DNA of 64,000 nucleotides, from contig DASZXY010000013.1 in NCBI GenBank assembly GCA_035545635.1, positions 302,838 to 366,837 of the forward strand, read 5' to 3'. Positions 34,922-42,549 of the stretch are shown one piece after another. Made by a program: the position numbers and the translations under genes. This stretch comes from Mycobacteriales bacterium. Lineage in GTDB: Bacteria; Actinomycetota; Actinomycetes; JAFAQI01. Within the stretch, counting starts at the first letter, position 1; every line of letters begins with the position of its first letter. Under the pieces are notes generated by a model. It was given only the letters and a program-made list of their open reading frames with translations, did no database searches and was not told the DNA's origin.

Positions 34922-36102
34922 CAGCGCGCCACACCGAGCATGACCGCGCTGGTCGGCACTCCCGTGCCACCCGTCACCAGCACGTGCTCGGCGCCCTCGA
35001 CCTGGTTGACCGACGTGCCACGAACCTGCCGCACGCCTTCGGCGACGCCGTTCATCCCGTGCAGGTAGGCCTCGCCGAGCTGGCCGCCGTGGGTGTTGAT
35101 CGGCAGCCGGCCACCGATCTCGATCGCACCGTCGGCGATGAAGTCCTTCGCCTCGCCCGGCTTGCAGAAGCCGAACTCCTCGAGCTGCGCGAGCACGAAC
35201 GGCGTGAAGTGGTCGTAGAGGACGGCGGTCTTGATGTCGTCCGGCGTCAGCCCCGAGGTCTCCCAGATCTGCCGGGCACAGGTACCCATCTCGGGAAGCC
35301 CAACGAGCGAGTCACGGTTGAACGACCGCATCATGTGCTGGTCGTCAGCCATGCCCTGCGCCGCCGCCTCGATGATCACCGCAGGCTGCTTCAGGTCTCT
35401 CGCGCGCTCGACGGACGTCACGAGGATCGCCTGACCGCCATCGGTCTCCTGGCAGCAGTCGAGCAGATGTAGCGGCTCGACGATCCACCGTGAGCTCTGG
35501 TGGTCTTCGAGGGTGATCGGCTGCTGGTAGAAGTGCGCGGCCGGGTTGTTCGCCGCGTGCCTGCGGTCCGCGACGGCAACCCGACCGAAGTCCTCACTCG
35601 TGATGCCGTATTCATGCATCATCCTCGTCGCGAACATCGCGACCCACGACGCCGGGGTCAGCACACCGAACGGCGACGTCCAGGAGAACTGCGCCTCCTC
35701 GGCCGTCACACCAGCAGGCCGTCCCTGCACGCCGGCGCCGAAGCGACGACCGGAGCGCTCGTTGAACGCGCGGTAGCAAAGGACGTAGTCGGCGACGCCC
35801 GACGCGACCGCCATCGCGGCGTACTGCACGGTCGCGCAAGGAGCGCCGCCGCCAAAATGGATCCGGCTGAAGTGCGTGAGCTCCGGGATGCCCAAGCCCC
35901 GGAGGATCTCTGACTCCGGGTTGGTCTCCATCGTGAACGTCGACAGGCCGTTGACCTGCGTCGGAGAGATGCCCGCGTCGGCACACGCAGCGACGCACGC
36001 TTCCAGCGCAAGCTGCAGCTCGCTGCGCCCGGAGTTCTTCGAGAACTCAGTCGCGCCGATGCCGACGATCGCCGCCTTGCCGGCGTACGTGTGCCTAGCC
36101 AC
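34921..36102 (-). CDS. thiolase-fold lipid-transfer protein (Ltp2/Ltp3-like, possible retro-aldolase)
   Basis: AAIVGIGATEFSKNSGRS, YDHF (where thiolases have HDCF), and NTHGGQLGEAYLHGMNG. GTG 36102 overlaps the upstream stop (GTGGCTAG). Confidence 0.8.
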   Translation of the reverse strand: MARHTYAGKAAIVGIGATEFSKNSGRSELQLALEACVAACADAGISPTQVNGLSTFTMETNPESEILRGLGIPELTHFSRIHFGGGAPCATVQYAAMAVASGVADYVLCYRAFNERSGRRFGAGVQGRPAGVTAEEAQFSWTSPFGVLTPASWVAMFATRMMHEYGITSEDFGRVAVADRRHAANNPAAHFYQQPITLEDHQSSRWIVEPLHLLDCCQETDGGQAILVTSVERARDLKQPAVIIEAAAQGMADDQHMMRSFNRDSLVGLPEMGTCARQIWETSGLTPDDIKTAVLYDHFTPFVLAQLEEFGFCKPGEAKDFIADGAIEIGGRLPINTHGGQLGEAYLHGMNGVAEGVRQVRGTSVNQVEGAEHVLVTGGTGVPTSAVMLGVAR

Positions 36103-37531
36103 GAGGCAACTCCACTTCGACCGTTCCGGAGATATGGCTGCCGAGCTTGTTCTTCGCGCTGACCGCCACAACCGCGCGCCCGGTGGACGGGTCGAGTGAG
36201 CTCACCGACCCCGTGAAGGTCAGGTGGTTGTAGGGGTACGCCGGTGCCCCGAGCTTCACGCGCAGCGCACGTACCAGCACCTCGGGGCCGAGCCAGTCGG
36301 TGACGTAGCGCTCCATCAACCCGATGGATGTGTTGATGTTGAAGAAGATGTCGGCCGAGCCCTTCTTGTGTGCGAGATCCCGGTCGTGGTGCACGTCCTG
36401 GAAGTCGCGCGTCGACAGCGCGCCCGCGGTGATTCCCGTCGGTGTCACCGGCAGCACCCAGACCGGAAGCTGCTCGCCCTCGCTCAGGTCGCCGGCGGTG
36501 CGGGTCTCCGTACGCCGCGACGGCGCCACCGGCCGGAACCGCGGCAGCGTGATCGGCCCCTGCGAGTCCGTCGCTCCTGGCTCCAAAGCGGGATGGCTGT
36601 CGAGCCAGTCGACCTCGAGCGGCATTCCGATCTCGAGCTGATCGGGGGTGAGCCCGACCAGGTCCGCGACCATGCGCGGACCTTCTTCGAGCTCGATCAG
36701 GCCGACCGGGAGCGGATAGGCGAAGCCCGGCACGGGCGGATAGTGCGCCACCACGTGGGAGTAGAGCGTTCCCCTGCCTGACGCGACGGCGTAACCCATG
36801 TCGAACGACCCGCACTCCGCGCATCGCGGCGAGCTCGGGAAGAACACCCGCTTGCATGCCTGGCACTGCGGGATGCGCAGCTCGCGACGGCGGTAGCCGT
36901 CCCACAAGGCTTGGTTGTCGCGGTTGATCGCCGGTCGCGGCCGCATCGACGGGTCGCTCGGGACCTGCACCGGCTTCGGCTTGTCGGACTCCTCCGTCTT
37001 GGGAGCGGCGCCCGTTCCCGGTTTGAACTTCAGGATGCGGAACAGCAGGTCGCCGACGTGGTCGCCGTCGCTGTTCGTGTAGCGCGTCCGCGTGGTGAGG
37101 AAGTGGCCGATACCAAGTCCCGTCTGCTTCTCCTCCGAGACGTCCTCGAGGACCTGCACGCCCTGCAGCACCTCGCCCGGCTTGAGGTAGCGGGTGATCT
37201 CGAGCTCGCTGTTCACGGCAACGACGCCGACGTACCCCTCTTCTTCGAGCATCGCGATGACGCGGCTCTGCGGGTCGTCGCCGCGCCGCATCGCCGGGTT
37301 CTGCGCGGGAAGTCCGGGGCGCACCCAGATGTCGAGGGTCGCAGCCGGCGCGACGATGCCGCAGTGCACGGACTTCGCGGCGTAGTCCGGGTCGATGTAG
37401 CAGGGGTTGTCGTCACCCATCGCATCGCACCAGTCGGCGATCGCCGCGGTGCCGACCGCGTGCCGTGCAACCAGCGGCTGCCCCTGGCTTCCCACCAAGG
37501 CGCGCATCCGCGACAGCAGGTCTTCAGACAA
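36095..37531 (-). CDS. hotdog (MaoC/FAS1-like dehydratase) - DUF35 Zn-ribbon/OB-fold - hotdog (MaoC-like) tri-domain fusion protein
   Basis: N-terminus: IADWCDAMGDDNPCYIDPDYA. Middle: CQACKRVFFPSSPRCAECGS followed by an OB fold. C-terminus: GALSTRDFQDVHHDRDLAHKKG. TTG start. Confidence 0.8.
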   Translation of the reverse strand: MSEDLLSRMRALVGSQGQPLVARHAVGTAAIADWCDAMGDDNPCYIDPDYAAKSVHCGIVAPAATLDIWVRPGLPAQNPAMRRGDDPQSRVIAMLEEEGYVGVVAVNSELEITRYLKPGEVLQGVQVLEDVSEEKQTGLGIGHFLTTRTRYTNSDGDHVGDLLFRILKFKPGTGAAPKTEESDKPKPVQVPSDPSMRPRPAINRDNQALWDGYRRRELRIPQCQACKRVFFPSSPRCAECGSFDMGYAVASGRGTLYSHVVAHYPPVPGFAYPLPVGLIELEEGPRMVADLVGLTPDQLEIGMPLEVDWLDSHPALEPGATDSQGPITLPRFRPVAPSRRTETRTAGDLSEGEQLPVWVLPVTPTGITAGALSTRDFQDVHHDRDLAHKKGSADIFFNINTSIGLMERYVTDWLGPEVLVRALRVKLGAPAYPYNHLTFTGSVSSLDPSTGRAVVAVSAKNKLGSHISGTVEVELPRG

Positions 37532-37581
37532 CTGACACCCCTCGACCTAATTACGTTTCGGGCACTAATGTATCTATCACG

Positions 37582-38766
37582 ATGCGCTTCGCCGACACTG
37601 CCGAAGAGCGTGCACTCCGGGCGGAGCTGCGCGAGTACTTCTCGACGTTCGGAGCCGCCTCCAGCGGCGAGGAGCTGAGCGCACCGGGGACCGACGAGCA
37701 GTCCTTCCGCGACGCGATCCGCCGGCTCGGCAAGGACGGCTGGCTCGGCTTCGGCTGGCCCAAGGAGTACGGCGGCCAAGGCCGATCGGCGACCGAGCAG
37801 TACATCGTCTTCGACGAAATCCAGCGCGCCGGTGTCCCGTTCCCGTTCGTGACGATCAACACCGTCGGTCCGACGATCATGCGGTTCGGCACGGACGAGC
37901 AGAAGGCGGCGTACCTTCCCGGCATCCTCGCCGGCGAGATCAACGTCGCGATCGGCTACACCGAGCCGCAGGCCGGCACCGACCTCGCGTCACTGCGCAG
38001 CACCGCGCGGCTCGACGGCGACGAGTGGGTCATCAACGGCCAGAAGGTCTTCACCTCTGGCGCCAACCAGGCGGACTTCGTCTGGATGGCGTGCCGCACC
38101 GAGCCCGACCTGCCGAAGCACCAGGGCCTGTCGATCATCATGGTGCCGACGTCCTCGCCCGGCTTCCGCTGGACGCCGATCGTGACAGTTGGCGACATCG
38201 TCACCACGACGACGTACTACGACGACGTACACGTCCCCGCCGGCAACATCGTCGGCGAGCGCGGCGGCGGCTGGCGCATGATCACCACCCAGCTCAACCA
38301 CGAGCGCGTCGGCCTGGCGGCTCTGGGCGGGCAAGCCTGGCGACTGTGGGGCGAAGTCCGCGAGTGGGCGCGCGAGGCAACAGTCCCCGGCAGCAGCGCG
38401 CAGCACGTCATCGATCTGCCCTGGGTCAAGGCAGACCTGGCTGAGTGCTACGCGCGGCTCGAGGCGATGAAGCTGATCAACTGGCAGCTCGTGGAAGCCG
38501 TCCATGAGGAGCGCCTGCAGCCGCAGGACGCCTCGGTCGCGAAGTTCTACGGCACCGAGACCCACGTTTTCGTCTACCGCAAGCTGCTCGCGATCCTCGG
38601 CTCCGGCGGCTGGCTCCGCACTGGCTCCCCCGCCGCCGCATTGCACGGCAGAGTCGAGCGCGCGGGTCGCAGCGCCCAGATCAACACATTCGGTGGCGGC
38701 GTCAACGAGATCCAGCGCGAGATCGTCGCGGCCGCGGGCCTGAAGATGGCGCGGCGCGCCCGATGA
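37582..38766 (+). CDS. acyl-CoA dehydrogenase, large (alpha-like) subunit
   Basis: WPKEYGGQGRSATEQ, TEPQAGTD, and a C-terminal GGGVNEIQREIV with a canonical Glu. I trimmed the start to ATG 37582. Confidence 0.9.
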   Translation: MRFADTAEERALRAELREYFSTFGAASSGEELSAPGTDEQSFRDAIRRLGKDGWLGFGWPKEYGGQGRSATEQYIVFDEIQRAGVPFPFVTINTVGPTIMRFGTDEQKAAYLPGILAGEINVAIGYTEPQAGTDLASLRSTARLDGDEWVINGQKVFTSGANQADFVWMACRTEPDLPKHQGLSIIMVPTSSPGFRWTPIVTVGDIVTTTTYYDDVHVPAGNIVGERGGGWRMITTQLNHERVGLAALGGQAWRLWGEVREWAREATVPGSSAQHVIDLPWVKADLAECYARLEAMKLINWQLVEAVHEERLQPQDASVAKFYGTETHVFVYRKLLAILGSGGWLRTGSPAAALHGRVERAGRSAQINTFGGGVNEIQREIVAAAGLKMARRAR

Positions 38767-39839
38767 TCTCGACTCTCACCGAGCTGCAGCAGGAGTTGGC
38801 GGAGCTCGCGACCAGCGCCTTCGGTCGCAACGGTTCCGCCGAGCAGATCACGATGGCCGAGGAGCGGCCCGATGCGTTCGACCGCGAGCTGTGGGCCGAC
38901 CTCGCCGCCGCAGGACTGCTTGGCGTCGCGATCCCCGACGAGTACGACGGGCTCGGCTTTGGTGCGGTTGAGGTCGGACTGGTCTGCGAGCAGCTCGGCG
39001 CGCACGTGACGCCAGTGCCGCTCGTTGCCACGCTGACGGCATCCCAGCTGTTGGCCGAGTGGGGCACCGACGAGCAGCGGAAGAGCTGGCTTCCCGGCAT
39101 CGCCGCCGGCGAGGTGGTCGCCGCGATCGCGCCGCTGCAGTCCGTCGTCGAGGCGGTCTTTGAGGACGGCAAGCTCAGCGGTCGTCTGGTTGGCGTCGCC
39201 TGGGCTCATGTCGCCGACCTGCTGCTCGTGCCTGTCGGCGAGACCGTCGTCGCCTTCGCTCCGTCCACCGAAGGCGTGTCGTCATACCGCGGTACGACGA
39301 CCGCGCGCGAGGTCGCCCTAGATCTCGACCTCGACGGCGTTGCCGCCGAGCCGGTCGGCGAGGCCGGCGCCGCCGAGTGGCTTCGTCACCGATGGTTCGC
39401 CGCGCTGGCCGCAACTGCCGCAGGAGTCGCCGACGGCGCGGTCCGGCTGACTGCGTCCTACACCTCTCAGCGCGAGCAGTTCGAGAAGCCGCTGTCGACC
39501 TTCCAGTCGGTGGCGTTGAAGGCCGCCGACGCCTATCTCGACGCGACCGCGATCCGCGCCGCTGCGCGACAGGCGTCGTGGAAGCTCGACATCGGCGAGG
39601 ACGCGCGGCTCGAGGTGCTGACCGCGGCCTGGTGGGCCGCCGAAGCCGGTCAGCACGCCGTACACATCACCCAGCACCTTCACGGCGGCATGGGGGCCGA
39701 CATCACCTACCCGGTGCACCGCTACTTCTTGTGGGGCAAGCAGATCGAGCTGCTGCTCGGTGGCGCTTCATCGCTGCTCGCAGAGCTCGGCGACGCACTG
39801 GAGAGCTACCCCGCCGCGGGAGATGCGGTCCACTTGTAG
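38763..39839 (+). CDS. acyl-CoA dehydrogenase family protein, short (beta-like) subunit
   Basis: 4-nt overlap with the upstream ACAD gene; FQSVALKAADA and LHGGMGAD helices. Confidence 0.8.
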   Translation: MISTLTELQQELAELATSAFGRNGSAEQITMAEERPDAFDRELWADLAAAGLLGVAIPDEYDGLGFGAVEVGLVCEQLGAHVTPVPLVATLTASQLLAEWGTDEQRKSWLPGIAAGEVVAAIAPLQSVVEAVFEDGKLSGRLVGVAWAHVADLLLVPVGETVVAFAPSTEGVSSYRGTTTAREVALDLDLDGVAAEPVGEAGAAEWLRHRWFAALAATAAGVADGAVRLTASYTSQREQFEKPLSTFQSVALKAADAYLDATAIRAAARQASWKLDIGEDARLEVLTAAWWAAEAGQHAVHITQHLHGGMGADITYPVHRYFLWGKQIELLLGGASSLLAELGDALESYPAAGDAVHL

Positions 39840-39915
39840 CCAGCCCTACCTACCTTGCGATCATCCTTACGCAACGTAAAGATCGCCGCCAAGGGCGCGG
39901 ACACGGGGGTCGCAA

Positions 39916-42453
39916 GTGAAAAGTCGTCGGGGTAGTCAGCGCGCAGCGGCGGCGGCGCTGAGCGCGTTGGCGCTCGCTGGGCCGGTCGTGACGAACCACG
40001 CAGCGCTGGCAAATGCAACGGGGAGCACCTTGGCGTGCGTCTCGAGCGGGACCAGCGGCGTTGCGCTCACCGGCGGTGGGCGTGCCGATGTTCTCGACAC
40101 CTTTGCCCAGGTCTTGCCGGCGGTCCATCAGGACGGCGCGTCAGCCGCAACGATCTGCGCGGCTCGGGACTCCTATGCCTCGTTTCAGCTCGAGGTCACC
40201 GCGCCCGCGGGCGGCCTGTCGGGGATAAGCATGTCCGCCTCGGATCTCACCGGTACCGGCGGGACGCTGCCCGGCACGAACCCGAGCACGTCCGCTGTCG
40301 CCCCCGGAGCGGCGGGGTTCCCCGACGTGCAGCTCTCCCGGGAGGACTACACGACGATCACCTCCGCCTCCGACGGCGAGCTGAGTGACGTTCTCACCCG
40401 GAAGCCGGACGGGACCTGCACGGGTCCGCCAGGCCACGCCGGTGACTGCCGGTTCCCGGACGCGCTCGTCCCTGACCGCGACGCGCTGCTCGGACAGCCA
40501 CGCAAGGCCTTCCCGTTCAGCGTGCCCGCGAACGAGAACCGGGTGGTCTGGGTCGACATCTTCGTCCCCGCGGCAACATCGGCCGGTCAGTACAACGGGA
40601 CGATCACCATCGCGGCGAACGGGACGACCGCGGCCAGCATCCCCGTTGCGCTCAACGTCATCAGCGCCACGCTGCCGGCAACCAGCTCGCTGCAGAGCGC
40701 TTTCTTCATGGGTCTAGGCGGAATTCCCGTGAGTACGTATGAGCAGTACGCCGACCTAGGCCTCAACGACCGGATCGCGATCCAGCCGCAGGGCTTGGGC
40801 AGCAGCGGTGACATGCACGCTGCGCTCACGAACCTCACCAACGGCCTGGACGCAGCAGTTCGGCTGACGGACCAAAGCGGCACGCACCGAGCGATCCTGC
40901 CCGACTTCGTCCTGGGCACCGACGGCTGGTTCGACTCGTTCAAAGCGGACTTCCCGAGCGACGTGGCAACGCAGCCGTTCGCGTTCTGCGACGAGTTCAC
41001 GCCCACGCACTGCCAGGACACCTACGCCAACGGCGGCGACGGCACGAGCCACTCCGCCAAAACCGCATGGCCACTGCCGCTTCTCGCCACCGATGCCGGC
41101 ACTGTTTACCACTCCTGGCCGGATCCTTGTCCGCCCACAAATGTGGATCCTTGTAATCCGGCCGCAAACCCGGTGCCGCCGACCATGACGCCCCAGCCCA
41201 AGGGCCTGATCCTGCTACCCGAGGAACTCGCGCCCAACTCGACGAACAACGACTGGACCGGGAGCGACGCCACACCGCCGCCAGGGCGCGAGCATGCTCT
41301 TGCAGCCTGGCGCGACGCGTCCCCGGGTGACCGGATCCTGTGGGCGTACACCACGTGCGACGACATTGGTCGATGCGACAAGGCAGCCGGATATGACAGC
41401 TCCACGCGCCCAGAGGGTTGGCCGGGCTACGGCATCGATCAGGACGCCACGGCGCAGCAGGCGATGGGATGGCTTCTTTACGACGGCGATGCGTCGCATG
41501 ACCAGCTGCAAGGAGAGGAGTATTGGAACGTCAACCGCGACGATCACTCCGGGGTGCCGTCGCCACTTTCCTACAGCGGCGACCCGAACGCGACGGGTGC
41601 GTGGTCGAGCATCTCCGAGGACAGTTACATGGCCAACGGTGACGGCACCTTGTTCTACCCGTACGACAACACGAACGAGAAGGTCGGCGGTAGCTCGCCG
41701 ATCCCGCTCGAGTCGATCCGGCTCAAGCGAATCCGCGACGGACGGCAGGACTACGAGCTGCTCAAGCTCGCCGGACCGGCGTTCTCCGACAGCCTCGTCG
41801 ACGCGACCTTCAACTCGACGAACGGGCTTTACCACAGCGCGTCGATGTGGGACGACGCCAGCATTCCGCCAAGCGTTCTCGACGCGGCGGAGCAGACCCT
41901 CATCAACCACTTCGCGACGGCTCCGACCGTCACGTCGGTCGCCCCCAAGTCCGGTCCGAAGGCGGGCGGCACCAGCGTGACGATCAATGGCACCGGGTTC
42001 ACCCACGCGACCGCGGTGACGTTCGGAGCGGCCGGCCCAGCGAGCAGCTACCACGTCCACTCCTCCACCCAGATCACCGCCGTGTCACCCCCGTCATCAA
42101 CGACCGGCCCTGTCGATGTCACCGTCACCGCAGCCGGCAACACCAGCGCGGTAGTTACCGCCGACCACTTCACCTACGGGACCACGCCGAAAATCACATC
42201 GATCACGCCCAACTCCGGACCGACGACGGGCGGCACCAGCGTGACCATCAGAGGGTCCGGCTTCACCGGTACGACGGCCGTGCGCTTCGGCGGCGCGGGC
42301 GCGGCGACCAGCTACCACGTCCACTCATCCACCCAGATCACCGCCGTGTCACCGGCGACATCGACCGCGCGTCAGGTCAACGTCTTCGTCACCGCGGCCG
42401 GCAGCACGAGCGCAGCCGCGGCGAGCGACCATTTCACCTACGTTGCCCCCTGA
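39916..42453 (+). CDS. secreted protein: signal peptide, DUF4091/GH123-like central region, two C-terminal IPT/TIG domains
   Basis: Signal peptide ...ALALAGPVVTNHAALANA. The central region contains VWVDIFVPAATSAGQYNGTITIAANG...ALNVISATLP and RLKRIRDGRQDYELLKL. Two units of SGPxxGGTSVTIxGxGF follow. The central-domain assignment is tentative. Confidence 0.75.
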   Translation: MKSRRGSQRAAAAALSALALAGPVVTNHAALANATGSTLACVSSGTSGVALTGGGRADVLDTFAQVLPAVHQDGASAATICAARDSYASFQLEVTAPAGGLSGISMSASDLTGTGGTLPGTNPSTSAVAPGAAGFPDVQLSREDYTTITSASDGELSDVLTRKPDGTCTGPPGHAGDCRFPDALVPDRDALLGQPRKAFPFSVPANENRVVWVDIFVPAATSAGQYNGTITIAANGTTAASIPVALNVISATLPATSSLQSAFFMGLGGIPVSTYEQYADLGLNDRIAIQPQGLGSSGDMHAALTNLTNGLDAAVRLTDQSGTHRAILPDFVLGTDGWFDSFKADFPSDVATQPFAFCDEFTPTHCQDTYANGGDGTSHSAKTAWPLPLLATDAGTVYHSWPDPCPPTNVDPCNPAANPVPPTMTPQPKGLILLPEELAPNSTNNDWTGSDATPPPGREHALAAWRDASPGDRILWAYTTCDDIGRCDKAAGYDSSTRPEGWPGYGIDQDATAQQAMGWLLYDGDASHDQLQGEEYWNVNRDDHSGVPSPLSYSGDPNATGAWSSISEDSYMANGDGTLFYPYDNTNEKVGGSSPIPLESIRLKRIRDGRQDYELLKLAGPAFSDSLVDATFNSTNGLYHSASMWDDASIPPSVLDAAEQTLINHFATAPTVTSVAPKSGPKAGGTSVTINGTGFTHATAVTFGAAGPASSYHVHSSTQITAVSPPSSTTGPVDVTVTAAGNTSAVVTADHFTYGTTPKITSITPNSGPTTGGTSVTIRGSGFTGTTAVRFGGAGAATSYHVHSSTQITAVSPATSTARQVNVFVTAAGSTSAAAASDHFTYVAP
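41923..42450 (+). repeat. tandem duplication of a ~88-aa IPT/TIG domain (coding)
   Basis: Two adjacent units share near-identical DNA stretches (AGCTACCACGTCCACTCNTCCACCCAGATCACCGCCGTGTCACC in both). Confidence 0.85.
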
Positions 42454-42549
42454 ATCGGCACGCTTCGCCACCAGTGCCCCCGGCTGATCCGCCCGCCCAA
42501 CGAATAGCCAAAACCAGGAAAAGCGGCGCCTGCGTCGAACCTTCGGCTG

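Noticed and set aside
35706-36905. 399-aa minus-strand ORF in another frame over the thiolase/hotdog genes
   Set aside because: It is an out-of-frame overlap with two motif-supported genes on the same strand, with Arg/Ala/Pro-rich composition.
37532-37581. AT-rich 50-nt divergent region containing CTGACA, a possible degenerate copy of the CTGACG operator
   Set aside because: Only one half-site-like hexamer is present, with no dyad partner (CTGACACCCCTCGAC is not palindromic). It probably holds promoter elements, but I cannot define them.
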